Shown here piece by piece: positions 46,001-55,658 of a stretch of DNA of 64,000 bases. Every line of letters starts with the position of its first letter. The first letter of the stretch is position 1. The translations under genes were made by a program, and so were the position numbers. The notes under the pieces are model-generated. The model did not search any database. It had not been told where the DNA came from and saw nothing but the letters and a program-made list of their open reading frames with translations. The stretch is from an uncultured candidatus Brocadiaceae bacterium (GTDB taxonomy: Bacteria > Planctomycetota > Brocadiia > SM23-32), in the NCBI GenBank assembly GCA_964592385.1, contig CAZQEQ010000006.1, forward strand, positions 1,328 through 65,327, written 5' to 3'.

Positions 46001-47678
46001 CCCGCGCGTGTCCACGGACGGCGAAGGCCGCTTCCGGCACGGCGGCGTCGAGCGCGGGCCGACCCTCCTGACGGTACAGGCCGAGGGGTACGCCCCGGAA
46101 CTGATGGAAGTACACGTGCAGGGGGCGATGGAGCCAGTGGAGGTGCGGCTGGCGCAGGGCAGCATCCTCCGGGGCCGGGTCGTGGACGCGCAGGGCGGCC
46201 CGATCTCCGGCGCACGCGTCTCCGTGTCCGGCTGGCGCGGTAGCCGGACCCTTCAATGGCGGGCGCAAACGGACGCGGACGGCCGGTTCGAGTGGCGGGA
46301 CGCCCCGGCGGATGAGGTCCTTTTCAACGTCTGGGCGGCCGACCGCGCCGGCATTGACGGCCGGCCGCTCTCGGCCTCCGACGACGAGCACGTGCTGGTT
46401 CTCGCCGACGCGCTGCGCATCCACGGCGCGGTGACGGACGCCCGGACGGGCGAGCCCATCGGCGAGTTGACGGCCATGCCGGGCTGGCCCGGCGAGGACG
46501 GCGGACCGCCGATCTGGGCGCGCAGTAACGCGAGGAGGTTCACGGACGGCCGGTATGAAGTGAAGTTCGTCGGGCAGAGCCCGGGGCGACTTGTCCGCGT
46601 GGACGCCGAGGGTCACCTGCCGGGGGTCTCCCGCGTCTTCGCCGACGACGAGGGGGAGCAGGTCCTGGACTTCGCGCTGGAGAGGGGCGCCGGCCCGACC
46701 GGCACGGTTCGCCTGCCGGACGGGACCCCGGCGGCCGGGGCGCAGATCGCGGTGTTCAGCCCAGGGCAGTGGGCTTCGATCTACAACGGCGAGCTCAAGA
46801 GCGCGCGAGAGATGTTGATCGTCGAGAGCGACTCAGACGGCCGGTTCTCGCTGCCCGCCCAGCCCGGTCCGTATTCCCTGTTCGTGCTGCACGACGCCGG
46901 TTGGGCCGAGGTGTCCGGGGAAGAACTGGCCGCCTCGTCCGACATCACCGTGGAGCCCTGGGGGCGCGTTGAGGGCGTGGCCCGCGTCGGCGCGGATGCG
47001 GACGCGCACGCGGCCGTCGCGCTGCAGTCCGAGTCATGGTACGGATACGAACCTGCGGGGCCTGCTGACCACGGCGCCGAGGTGCTGAGCGACGGGCAGG
47101 GGCGCTTCGTCATGGAGCGCGTGGTCCCCGGGCCATACCGCGTGGCGCGGCGCGTGAACACCGGGCCGCGGACGTGGGGGTACACGCACGCGGTGCCGAT
47201 AGCGGTGGAGTCGGGCGAGACGGTTCACGTCACCGTCGGCGGCTCGGGCCGGCCGGTGGTCGGGCGCGCGCTCGTCACGGGGGACGCAGCGGGCCGCGTT
47301 GACTGGGGCTACAGTTCCAGCTCGATCCGACTGAAGCTGCCGGAGATTCCCCATCCCGAAGGCTTTGACGAATGGCCCGAGGAGCGGCAGAAATCCTGGA
47401 CCGATTCCTGGGAGGCGTCCGAGGAGGGGCGGGCGCGCCGCCGGGCGAGCCGGAACTACCCGGTCATCATAGAGCCGGACGGCAGCTTCAGGGTGGAGGA
47501 CATCCCCGCGGAGACTTATGAACTCAGGATCAGGGCGTCCGAGGCCCCCGTCAGGCGGCCGGGGATATCCGGGAAGGCTCTCGGCTCCGTGCTGAAGGAG
47601 TTCGTCGTGCCCGAGATGCCGGGCGGGCGCAGCGACGAGCCGCTGGATCTGGGGGAGATCGAACTGGCGCTGCCCTGA
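43062..47678 (+). CDS. Exported ankyrin-repeat protein fused to multiple carboxypeptidase-regulatory-like domains
   Basis: Many G.TPLH.A...G...LL..GA.VNA repeats; C-terminal half with repeated G.V.D..G.PI.GA.V...TDA.GRF units. Confidence 0.9.
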   Translation: MKRICIAGVLCLVVLPLARAVAVEEETGDYEALARAVGNDDLAALRADAEAGAALLQRADDGTTLLHLARSAEAATFLLDAGLDIGARNHLGRTPLHEAVLRNDAGVVGVLIERGADAQAGDISQSTPISVTRHAPIDTREAVRVLIDKAVLSREEPDRAGLERALSWAARNGDVPLVEALLAHEGLRAPPRQNIEGIAARAREEGHPETAEILDALAETLPPPQPGPPKGTWPEPSPLVKAVKAGDLTEVRRLIAEGAEVNKPGDSLFCPLTQALFEDRLDIAEVLIEAGANVNEADPGGATALHWMMQFGGAEGTVFLIQHGADHNAKDLGGWTPLGRWLDASTWYVLGIPPAEAGEADIVQVLMKLDADLTKPYHGSTTLVHVSYSLEATRYVIAQGGDVNARSRELGKTPLHFLAPNSDSMFVSLLVEAGARVNVWDQEGMTPLHRAVKAGRIETAAILLDNAANPNARAGREMTTPLQMAVRKEDKPLVELLLKHGADVNARDGRGNVPLLGALGGDGYEIAELLVASGADVNAVPLTSVRRTETAEFLIRHGARTDVRYKDDATALHKAVEWGGSGIVEILLREGIEVDARNKYARTPLHVAAGGGNLGAVKSLLEHGANPNARAEHKVTPLHAGARSGSPAVVRLLLEKGADVNAQADDGETPLHRAAECGDAAVLEVLLEAGAHPNALIGWSRYGPLHNAVKGGHDLAVQLLVEAGADVNAPNNQNVTPLALAESRGHAGIAQFLRSRGASLIGRALRLRVLDAQTGAPLAGAEASLKTTLGAHADRTDESGRCLVPVRPGPSHVYLTVSAPSYVPTLVTWRSGSGQREAEIPEQFTLELPRGTPIGGVLQDGEGRPIAGAKVFLTIPQSYNVAVQPAVERYAVTTDAEGRWRCDATPVDLRGLKIEPEHPGYVARESYNSQSADPRDLHEMTARLVMQKELSVEGVVLAPDGRPVEGAAVALGARGPRFHDPRVSTDGEGRFRHGGVERGPTLLTVQAEGYAPELMEVHVQGAMEPVEVRLAQGSILRGRVVDAQGGPISGARVSVSGWRGSRTLQWRAQTDADGRFEWRDAPADEVLFNVWAADRAGIDGRPLSASDDEHVLVLADALRIHGAVTDARTGEPIGELTAMPGWPGEDGGPPIWARSNARRFTDGRYEVKFVGQSPGRLVRVDAEGHLPGVSRVFADDEGEQVLDFALERGAGPTGTVRLPDGTPAAGAQIAVFSPGQWASIYNGELKSAREMLIVESDSDGRFSLPAQPGPYSLFVLHDAGWAEVSGEELAASSDITVEPWGRVEGVARVGADADAHAAVALQSESWYGYEPAGPADHGAEVLSDGQGRFVMERVVPGPYRVARRVNTGPRTWGYTHAVPIAVESGETVHVTVGGSGRPVVGRALVTGDAAGRVDWGYSSSSIRLKLPEIPHPEGFDEWPEERQKSWTDSWEASEEGRARRRASRNYPVIIEPDGSFRVEDIPAETYELRIRASEAPVRRPGISGKALGSVLKEFVVPEMPGGRSDEPLDLGEIELALP

Positions 47679-47700
47679 CGAACTGCGGGGGGGGGGTCTG

Positions 47701-49533
47701 CTACCGGCCCGCCCGGCGCTCCTCCAACTGCTCGAGCGCACTCTCCAGGTCGGCGCGCGGAGCCTCCCAGCCGGGCCTTATCCTCAGCGCCTCGCGGTGG
47801 TGGACGACGGCCTCTTCCAGCTTCCCCTGTCCGGTCAGGGCCTTCGCCAGTTTCTGGTGCGCCTTGGGGTTCTCGGGATTGATGTCCAGGGCCTTGCGGT
47901 ACAGCTTGGCTGCGCCCTGATAGTCGCCGGATTTCATCAAATCCAGTGCGGTCCTCATCACCGTGAGGTCGTCTGCGAATCTCCTTTGGATCCTCCTGAT
48001 GGCGTCGGGCGACGCGTTGACGAACTCCGGTATGTTGACGGCCCTTTTCGGCGCGAGGAGCCGGTCCAGAACGACGGCCGGCGTATCGTTCCCCTGTTCG
48101 TCCACGTGCGTGAGGAAGAGCTGCGTGAAGGGGCCGTTGGCCTTGGACGAGAAGGCCAGCCACCTGCCGTTGGGCGACCAGGTGTGCCAGGAGTTCATAA
48201 GCGGCGTGTTGCACCGCATCCTGCGGGCCTCGCCGCCCTCGGCGGGGATGATGTAGAGCTGGCTGTCCGGCTGGAGCAGCATGAAGCTCTTGGCCTTGCA
48301 GAAGACGATCCACTTGCCGTCGGGGGAGTACTTCGCGAAGTAATTGCTCATGCCGTTGTGGGAGGCGCCTTCCAGGGGCTCGGCCTCGCCCCCCCTGCCG
48401 TCGTTGAACGGGATGCGGTACAGGTCGAACAGGAACGTCTCCTCCCCGTCGAGGAAGACGCGGCATTCCTCACGGGACATCAGTACCCTGCCCTCCTGGA
48501 CCTCCAGAGGGCGCGCTTTGGCCCGTGCGAAGACGATGCACTTCCCGTCCGGGCTCCAGGCGGGGTTGCTCTGGACGTATTCCCTGTCATCGGCGCCCGG
48601 CAGGGCCTCGAAAGTGTCCTGCGCCCTGTCGTAGACGGCCAGGATGCCCTTGAGGGGGAAGAAAAGCTGGCTGAACGCCAGGGGTTCCTTGGCGACGAAG
48701 ACCGCCTGGTCCTTCACCGTGCCAACCACGTACCGGCCGCCCGGGGAGAACTGCGAGAGCAGGCCGGAGGTCAGGTCCTTCTCCTCCCTCTCGTAGTCGC
48801 GCCACGTTATGAGCTTGCTCCGGGCAAGGACCATCTCCTCCTCGACCTGCACGATGGCGTACGTGCCTTTGTCCCTGGCGTAGTCCACGTCCATGCCCAG
48901 CAGGCTGCCGTCGGCGGAGAACGAGTGGCAGTTGCCGCAGACGGGCAGCCTTTCCAGGACGACCGGCGGCGGGCTCTCGGAGGATATTTCCCCGAAGCGC
49001 CAGCGGATGCGCGTGGGGTTCCTGACGGCATCCTCGAAAGGCAGGGGCACTTCGCGGTAGAACAGGGGCGCGCCGACCGGGTCCCTTGACGTGCGGATCG
49101 TGACGCTCGCCGAGGAATGAATCACGTTCGGGACGGCGCGGTTGACGCCGATGACGGTGACCTCTGCGTCCTGCTCCAATGAGCGGCGCTTGACGGCCTC
49201 CCATTGCTGGTCCGAAGGCGTCCATCTTGCCGATTTCACGGGGACGTTCAGGTCGTCCGCGCCATCCTGGAACCGGACTCGGACGAGCCAGGCATTGGAC
49301 CCCGAGTCACTGTCCTGCCAACGGAACGTCGGGGACGGGATCTCGGGGGGGAAGAGCGTTCCGTCCCGGGGATAGACGACCGTCAGCTCGCGGTACGCCG
49401 AGCCCTCGTCATAGGCCGCCAGGACATCGTCCACGCGCAAGGGGGGCCGGCACGAGACGATCGGCAGGCTCACCAGGACTGCGCCGACGACGATGCCAAT
49501 GCCTATGATGAGGCGTGTAGCTGACTTGCACAT
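47701..49533 (-). CDS. TolB-like (PD40/WD40) beta-propeller protein with C-terminal TPR
   Basis: N-terminal TM; NPAWSPDGK, FAKYSPDGKWIVF, WHTWSPNGRWLAFSS; YRKALDINPENPKAH TPRs; single CGNCH. Confidence 0.85.
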   Translation of the reverse strand: MCKSATRLIIGIGIVVGAVLVSLPIVSCRPPLRVDDVLAAYDEGSAYRELTVVYPRDGTLFPPEIPSPTFRWQDSDSGSNAWLVRVRFQDGADDLNVPVKSARWTPSDQQWEAVKRRSLEQDAEVTVIGVNRAVPNVIHSSASVTIRTSRDPVGAPLFYREVPLPFEDAVRNPTRIRWRFGEISSESPPPVVLERLPVCGNCHSFSADGSLLGMDVDYARDKGTYAIVQVEEEMVLARSKLITWRDYEREEKDLTSGLLSQFSPGGRYVVGTVKDQAVFVAKEPLAFSQLFFPLKGILAVYDRAQDTFEALPGADDREYVQSNPAWSPDGKCIVFARAKARPLEVQEGRVLMSREECRVFLDGEETFLFDLYRIPFNDGRGGEAEPLEGASHNGMSNYFAKYSPDGKWIVFCKAKSFMLLQPDSQLYIIPAEGGEARRMRCNTPLMNSWHTWSPNGRWLAFSSKANGPFTQLFLTHVDEQGNDTPAVVLDRLLAPKRAVNIPEFVNASPDAIRRIQRRFADDLTVMRTALDLMKSGDYQGAAKLYRKALDINPENPKAHQKLAKALTGQGKLEEAVVHHREALRIRPGWEAPRADLESALEQLEERRAGR

Positions 49534-49710
49534 GCGGTCTGAGCCGGGATGTCCCCATTGCCGATCATCGGCGGGAGGCAGACAAAGACACTCAAGGCGA
49601 TTGTACTTGCGGCACTCGCGGGTGTCAAGCACTGGCGCGGCGGCCGGCGGCTTGCGCTCGTAAGTCACTGCCCAGCAACGGTTAACGCAAGGCGCGGGGC
49701 GTCCCGCGCC

Positions 49711-50790
49711 CTACTCCGCCTCGACGACCCATATGTTGCGATAGAAGACCGGGTTGCCGTGGTTCTGGAGGAAGATCGGCCCCACCTCTTGCTGCCAATC
49801 GCCGCCCCGGCTCAGGGGCAGGTCCTTGTGGACGGCGACCCCGTTGTGCCAGACGGTGACCGCGGCGTCCCTGACCTTGCTGCCGCTCTCGTCCGCGACG
49901 CCGGCGTGGAACTCGACGTCGTAGGTCTGCCAGCACAGCGGCGGCAGGCACATGTTGACCTTCGGGGCTGCTATGCCGTAGATGGCGCCGCACTCGTTCT
50001 GTCTGCCTTCCAGAGCGAAGGAGTCGAGCACCTGTATCTCGTATCCGCCGGGCAGATAGACGCCGCTGTTGCCCCGCGCCTGCCCCCTGGCATAGGGCAT
50101 GAAGGGCGTCATGAACTCCAGGTGGAGCTTGAAGTTCCCGAACCGCCGCTTGCTGGTCGTGCCGACCGACAGCAGCTTGCGCTCGTCCATCCGGCCGCCC
50201 TGCCACCCGTCCACGCCCGTGCCGTCGAAGAGGACGACCGCGCCCTCGGGCGGCTCTTCGCCGAGGGACTTGCTCTTGCGCAGGACCCTCTTCGCCTCGA
50301 TGGGACGGCCTTCGGCGGCCCTGCCGGTCAGCAGGCCGTCCCGGACCGTGGCCGTCCAGCCCTTGCCATCGAACACGGTCGGGGCGCTATCGGCAGCATC
50401 TGGGGCGGCCGGACTGCCCTCGGTCCGCCCGTCAACCTCGACCTTCGCCTTGGCGTCCCACCCCGCGCCGGGCAGACCGCCGGGGTAGAAGACGGCCCGG
50501 AACGCGCCGTCGCCGAGCGCGATGACCTGCACGCCGAGCTTCCCGGCGGCCTCAGCGGCGGCCCCGGCGGGCGGCGCCATCGTGCCCTCGTACTCGCCCT
50601 GGACCTGGAAGTCCGGCCCCGCATCCTTCGGCTTCAGGAACACTTCCCGGCGCGGCTGCTCCTTCTTCTCGGCCTCCTGGGCCGGCTTTCCGGCGGCCTG
50701 CTCCGTCGCGCCCCATGCCGCGGACGCGGCGACGCAGAACGCAACTCCCACCGTGCAGACACGCGCGATCCGTCCGAGTTCTCTTCCCAT
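49711..50790 (-). CDS. DUF1080 (3-keto-disaccharide hydrolase family) protein
   Basis: Signal peptide; GAVVLFDG, FKLHLEF, GNSGVY, YEIQVLDS, WQTYDV, GPIFLQNHGNPVFYRNIW. Confidence 0.88.
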   Translation of the reverse strand: MGRELGRIARVCTVGVAFCVAASAAWGATEQAAGKPAQEAEKKEQPRREVFLKPKDAGPDFQVQGEYEGTMAPPAGAAAEAAGKLGVQVIALGDGAFRAVFYPGGLPGAGWDAKAKVEVDGRTEGSPAAPDAADSAPTVFDGKGWTATVRDGLLTGRAAEGRPIEAKRVLRKSKSLGEEPPEGAVVLFDGTGVDGWQGGRMDERKLLSVGTTSKRRFGNFKLHLEFMTPFMPYARGQARGNSGVYLPGGYEIQVLDSFALEGRQNECGAIYGIAAPKVNMCLPPLCWQTYDVEFHAGVADESGSKVRDAAVTVWHNGVAVHKDLPLSRGGDWQQEVGPIFLQNHGNPVFYRNIWVVEAE

Positions 50791-50837
50791 CGTCGCCTCC
50801 CCAGTGCAGATTCCCCATGTCATGCCAACGGCCCGCC

Positions 50838-53222
50838 CTACGTGCGGGTGAGGCGCAGGTAGGAGCGGGTCAGGACGTCCGGCAGGTTCTCCACGTCTTC
50901 GAGCACAGCATAGCGCCGCCGGGGGAACATGATGTTCAGCTCCTCCGGTTCCTCCGGCCCGACGGCGATGCAGAACGTGTGGATGCCCAGCGCGGCGTTC
51001 TCCTCGCACGCCTTGCGCACGTCGTGATGCGCGTAGCGCGTCCGGGGGTCGTAGTCGGTGTCCATCGGGCGGCCGTCTGTGAGGAGGATGGTCAGTTTCG
51101 TCCTGGCAACGAGGGCGGCGAGCTTCCGGCCCGCGTGGCGGAGCGCGACTCCGATGCGGGTCGAGGAGCCGGGCCTGGCGCCGGCCAGGCGGGAGCGCGC
51201 CTCGTCGTCCCAGCGCTGCCCGAAGTCCTTGAACACCTGGAAGAGGCACTGCTCGCGCCCGTTGCCCGTGAAGCCGAACAGGCCGAACTCGTCGCCCAGC
51301 TCGCCCAGCCCGGCCGCCAGGAGATAGGCGGCCTCCTTCTCCAGCTCGATCACGTCGGCGCGCCCGGCCTCCCGCCCCGTCGAGCCGCTGACGTCCAGCA
51401 GCAACGCCGTCGCCACGTCCCGCCGGTTCAGTCTCGGCTTGACCCAGAACTGCACCTTCGGCGAGAGCCTCGCCTTGCGCAGGGCGACGAATCGCACCAG
51501 GGAGTCAATGTTGATGTAGTCGCCGTGCGGGAGGTACTTGTCCTTCACCACGAGGTCCGGGCGCAGGCGCTGGAAGAGCTTCTTGACGTGGTCAACGCGG
51601 CGGCGGAAGTCCTCGCCGTGCGGCGGGGCGGTCCCGGCGGGCTTCGGGCTCACTTCCTGCAGCCGGCACCAGTCGCGGTAGTATTCGTTCTCCAGGCCGT
51701 TCCACTCGTCGTAGAGATACACGAGCGGCACGGGCCGCGCGCCGGACTGCTCATCCTCGCCGTCCTTGTCCTGCTCGTCCTCCGGTCCTGACCTGTCCCG
51801 CTCGACGCTGCGAGCCGCGGCCGCAAGCGCCGCCGCATCGTGCGCAGACTTCTTCGGCCTGGCGCTCACGTCCGCGACGAGCGCATTGACCGGCGCCGCC
51901 TGCGGCGCCAGGGGGAAATCGAAGTCGGGAAAGAAGCTCAACGGGCGCGCCCTGAACCGGGCGCCCGGCCGCCGGAGCGGCGCGGGCAGCTCGTCCCAGC
52001 TCGCCAGCAGGCCGTCCAGGACGCACTCATGATCGTCGCAGCGGCGGGCCAGCGCATCGACCCAGTCAAGCACGCCGCAGACCGGCGGGCTCATCTCGCC
52101 GCGGCCGTCCAGGCCCGCCGCCCAGGCCAGAAGCCGGTCGGCGTCGGTGCCGGGACCCCGCACCTGCATCTCGGCGCGCGCCACTTTACGCAACATGCGG
52201 GCCGCGCCGGGATAGCGCACGTCGAGGGCACTGCGGAGACGACGCAGTTCGACGACCCCGAACAGGAACCCGGCCAGTCCCGAAGCCTGCACGCCCAGGC
52301 GCCGATACAGCGCCGATATCCGGCTCACGCCGTCGAGCCCGTGCGCGGTGCAGAAGCTGCCGAACCGATGGCACGCGGCGGCGAGCATCGTCGCCAGGAC
52401 GTAGTAGGAGCAGTTCAGCCCCTTCTGCGGGAAGGTCGAGACGCGCTCCGGCAGGTAGAGGTACCCGCAGCCGCAGACGACCCCGGACCCGCACTCGAGC
52501 AGGTCGTCGGAGTCCAGGCTGCTGAGGGCGTCGATCTGCACGGGCCGGCCGGCCACGGCCCGAAAGAGCCGGCCCAGGCGGCGCTGCACCCGTTCGAGCC
52601 GGCACGTGCGGCTGAGCCGTTCGGCGACGGCTTCCGAGGACCTCAGCTTCAACTGAAAGTAGCCCAGCGCGTTCTCGCGGCTCCTCTGGAACACGCGCAG
52701 GCCGGTCTCGATGAAGGCGGGAATCTCCGCCACGCGCAGCCGCTCTCGCACGTCCGCGTAGCCCGTCAGGAAGCTGAAGGCCAGCTCGGGGTCCGTCTCC
52801 TTCAGCATCGAGGCCCATTGGAGGATGCGCCGGACCTCATCCGGCGAGTCGGGGAAACGGCCCTCGCCCCAGAGCTGGAAGTAGCGCTTGCCCATGTAAA
52901 CGCGCTCGTCGGCGAACGCGGCGCCGAGGTCGCGCCAGTCCCTGAACAGGTCGGGCACGCGCAGGAGCCACCCCGCCGCCCCGTCGAGCGCGCCGAGCAG
53001 TTCCTTGAGGACGTAGTCATAGCCTGTGCGGGCCTGCCGGGCCAGCAGCGGCCCGCAGACTTCGGCCGGCGGCCGGCTCTGCTCGTTGAGCAACCCCTTG
53101 CCGTAGAGGCTGTCAAGGAGGGCCCGGAACTCCTCCCGATACCCCCAGGTGACCTCTTTGAGGGGGAAGCCGCGATAGGAGCCCGATTCGTCCTCGTCAC
53201 TGCTGGGCGTCGGCTTCCTCAT
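50838..53222 (-). CDS. NorD/CbbO-like von Willebrand factor A protein
   Basis: YLYDEW..., [41 protein letters not shown]; coupled to a CbbQ-type ATPase. Confidence 0.85.
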   Translation of the reverse strand: MRKPTPSSDEDESGSYRGFPLKEVTWGYREEFRALLDSLYGKGLLNEQSRPPAEVCGPLLARQARTGYDYVLKELLGALDGAAGWLLRVPDLFRDWRDLGAAFADERVYMGKRYFQLWGEGRFPDSPDEVRRILQWASMLKETDPELAFSFLTGYADVRERLRVAEIPAFIETGLRVFQRSRENALGYFQLKLRSSEAVAERLSRTCRLERVQRRLGRLFRAVAGRPVQIDALSSLDSDDLLECGSGVVCGCGYLYLPERVSTFPQKGLNCSYYVLATMLAAACHRFGSFCTAHGLDGVSRISALYRRLGVQASGLAGFLFGVVELRRLRSALDVRYPGAARMLRKVARAEMQVRGPGTDADRLLAWAAGLDGRGEMSPPVCGVLDWVDALARRCDDHECVLDGLLASWDELPAPLRRPGARFRARPLSFFPDFDFPLAPQAAPVNALVADVSARPKKSAHDAAALAAAARSVERDRSGPEDEQDKDGEDEQSGARPVPLVYLYDEWNGLENEYYRDWCRLQEVSPKPAGTAPPHGEDFRRRVDHVKKLFQRLRPDLVVKDKYLPHGDYINIDSLVRFVALRKARLSPKVQFWVKPRLNRRDVATALLLDVSGSTGREAGRADVIELEKEAAYLLAAGLGELGDEFGLFGFTGNGREQCLFQVFKDFGQRWDDEARSRLAGARPGSSTRIGVALRHAGRKLAALVARTKLTILLTDGRPMDTDYDPRTRYAHHDVRKACEENAALGIHTFCIAVGPEEPEELNIMFPRRRYAVLEDVENLPDVLTRSYLRLTRT

Positions 53223-54045
53223 GGGCGAGCATGTCCCCGAAGTAAGCGTTGACGATATCGTTGACCGACTCGATCATCTCCGGGTCATCCGACAGGACGT
53301 TGCTGATGGACGTGCGGCACGCCGTCAGGACCTCCATGCCGTCCTCTATCAGCCGGCCGGCGTAGACCAGCAGGCGGGTGCTGGCGCCCTCCTCCAGGCC
53401 GAAGCCCTTCAGCCGCCTTATCTCGCAGGCCATCGAGGCCAACTGCCGGGCCATCTCTTCGTCCACCCCCGTCTCGCTGGCCACGATGCGCGTCTCCGTC
53501 TCGACCTCCGGGTAGTCGAACTGGAGGGAGGCGAACCGCTGCTTGGTGCTCTGCTTGAGGTCCTTGACGACGTTCTGGTAGCCGGGGTTGTAGGAGAGGA
53601 CCATCATGAAGTCGGAATGGGCGCGCAGGACCTCGCCGGTCTGGTCCATGTACAACATGCGCCGGTCATCCGTGAGGGAATGGATGATGACGGTGGTGTC
53701 CTTGCGGGCCTCGACGATCTCGTCCAGATAGCAGATGGCGCCGTAGCGCACGGCCAGCGTGAGGGGACCGTCCTGCCAGACGGTCTCGTCCCCCTTGAAC
53801 AGGAAGCGGCCAACGAGGTCCGCCGCGGTCAGGTCTTCGTGGCAGGAGACCGTGATCAGCGGCAGGTCAAGGTGAGAGGCCATGTGCTCGACGAAGCGGG
53901 TCTTGCCGCAGCCGGTCGGCCCCTTCAGGATAAGGGGGACCTTCTGGCGGAAGGCGTGCTGGAAAAGCTCCTCCTCGTTGCCCTGGGGGATGTAGTTGGG
54001 GCGTTGGAGAATCCGAAACTCGTCCATGACTTCCCGGGGGTCCAT
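53197..54045 (-). CDS. CbbQ/NirQ/NorQ-family MoxR AAA+ ATPase
   Basis: [75 protein letters not shown]. Confidence 0.93.
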   Translation of the reverse strand: MDPREVMDEFRILQRPNYIPQGNEEELFQHAFRQKVPLILKGPTGCGKTRFVEHMASHLDLPLITVSCHEDLTAADLVGRFLFKGDETVWQDGPLTLAVRYGAICYLDEIVEARKDTTVIIHSLTDDRRMLYMDQTGEVLRAHSDFMMVLSYNPGYQNVVKDLKQSTKQRFASLQFDYPEVETETRIVASETGVDEEMARQLASMACEIRRLKGFGLEEGASTRLLVYAGRLIEDGMEVLTACRTSISNVLSDDPEMIESVNDIVNAYFGDMLAHEEADAQQ

Positions 54046-54324
54046 CTCGGGCGACCTCGCAAAAACCTTCGTATGTGCCGCTGCGGGCCGGCAGACAGCG
54101 CACGGGCAGCAACCTTGCCAGTATACCCCGACCGTGGAAACAGTCGCAAGCAAAGGACAGGGCCGGGCACGGCGGGGTTAGTGGACCTTCAACATCAAGA
54201 TTGCGGGCTCATGTGCCACTCGTGCTCGTCCTCCTCCTCGTTCTGGTCCTCCCGGGCATGGGCAAAACGTCGAGGACGAGGACGGATGCCGCGCGTACCC
54301 CGCATTTCAATCGAGAACGCCCTG

Positions 54325-55161
54325 TCAGAACTCCTTCCAGCTATCCTTGATCCACATCATGCCGGCCAGGTCGGAGTCAAGGCGGCTGGACTTGCTCGGG
54401 TCCGCCCTGAAGACGTTATCGTCCGCCACCTCGGCCAGTGAAGCCTCGCGGTACGTATCCACGACCACCTCGTGCGGGTTGGGGACGTATGGCACTCCCT
54501 GTCCGAGTTCACCTTCCTCGCCGCGCCATTCGACGGCCACCCATTCGATGTGCTTGTCAACGAAAAGGAAGTTCCCGCCGCCCTCGTGGTTGTTCTGTCC
54601 AAGCCAGTGAAGCTCGCCGGCCGAGTCCTTCCAGACGCCGTGCACGCACTCGTCGCCGTAAACGATCCGCTCGACCGGCGGGTCCCTGGGGATGTTGCTC
54701 GGATCGGTCCAGAGGCCCTCATAGAAGTAGCTGGGCGGCCTGGGCGGCTGCTTGCCCTCGTCCTCGGGACGCGTGGCAACGCCCTGGGGCGAGACGTAGA
54801 AGTTGGCGCATCCGAGGAAATCCTTCTTATCCGGCGCCATCTCCACCACGTCCCTGGTGGCCGGACACCTGAAGGCATCCTCCTTGGGCACGTAGGCCGG
54901 GAACAGCGACGCCAGGGAGCCCGTCGGGTCCGGCCACTCGGGGTGCTCCGGGTGAACGCTGACGCGGCCGTGCGGCCACCCCTCGTTGTTGTCCAACTCG
55001 TACCTTTTCATCGCCATTCCCACCTGCCGCATGTTGCCCATACAGCGGATGTTGCGTGATTTGGCGCGTATGCGGTTGAACGCGGGGAACAGCAGCATGA
55101 CCACGGCGCCGACGATGACCATTACGACGATCATCTCGACCAGTGTGAATGCCCTTTTCAT
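54325..55161 (-). CDS. Prepilin-type N-terminal cleavage/methylation protein with H-X9-DG-like C-terminal motif
   Basis: MKRAFTLVEMIVVMVIVG...LFPAF...CMGNMRQVG; NHEGGGNFLFVDKH. Confidence 0.85.
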   Translation of the reverse strand: MKRAFTLVEMIVVMVIVGAVVMLLFPAFNRIRAKSRNIRCMGNMRQVGMAMKRYELDNNEGWPHGRVSVHPEHPEWPDPTGSLASLFPAYVPKEDAFRCPATRDVVEMAPDKKDFLGCANFYVSPQGVATRPEDEGKQPPRPPSYFYEGLWTDPSNIPRDPPVERIVYGDECVHGVWKDSAGELHWLGQNNHEGGGNFLFVDKHIEWVAVEWRGEEGELGQGVPYVPNPHEVVVDTYREASLAEVADDNVFRADPSKSSRLDSDLAGMMWIKDSWKEF

Positions 55162-55238
55162 GTCATTGACCTCACAATAGGTGACACCGCGGCCTGTTCC
55201 GCTTTCTCCAGCCATTCCTCAAACAGCGGCTCGCTCAT
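55158..55238 (-). pseudogene. Truncated HEPN remnant (26 codons)
   Basis: MSEPLFEEWLEKAEQ..., starting inside the MNT tail as in MNT-HEPN pairs, then a stop. Confidence 0.5.
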
Positions 55239-55557
55239 ACACCACCCTCCCGCGCTCCATGATCTGGCGGATGAAGTGGTCGCCGATCGCGAGAGGATGC
55301 CGTATCTCAGCCAGCGTCTTCACCAGGATGTCCAATGGCAACCGGTACGGGCGACGCTGGTAACGGTCAACCAGCCGGTATACTTCCTGCATCCGCTCGA
55401 TCTCGGGTTTGGCGCTGCTCTTGATCACCAGCAGGTCGAGGTCGCTCTCATCCCCTGGCGTGCCCCAGATGCGGGAACCAAACAGCACAATCCTGCCCGG
55501 CTCGTAACCGTCCCTTATCGTCTCGATGACTTCCTGGACGGCGGAACTCGAGTCCAT
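55219..55557 (-). CDS. Minimal nucleotidyltransferase (MNT)
   Basis: IVLFGSRIWGTPGDESDLDLLVI; LDILVKT; GRVVYE tail. Confidence 0.88.
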   Translation of the reverse strand: MDSSSAVQEVIETIRDGYEPGRIVLFGSRIWGTPGDESDLDLLVIKSSAKPEIERMQEVYRLVDRYQRRPYRLPLDILVKTLAEIRHPLAIGDHFIRQIMERGRVVYERAAV

Positions 55558-55658
55558 CTCCTCTTCCTCCAGGCCGCACCACACCGCGGGGGGACGCCAG
55601 CCGCCCCCGCCGGCGCGCCGGTATCGCCGTACAGATGGTACCCCGAACGCCCCGCGTG

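Noticed and set aside
47687-47696. G10 homopolymer as a phase-variation tract
   Set aside because: It lies between two convergent stop codons, not in a CDS or promoter.
50838-54045. Naming the pair cbbQ/cbbO or norQ/norD
   Set aside because: Subfamily cannot be decided without phylogeny or a client gene; symbols left blank.
54550-54600. DKH instead of DGH in the H-X9-DG motif as a novel feature
   Set aside because: A single substitution in a variable family; not enough to claim a functional change.
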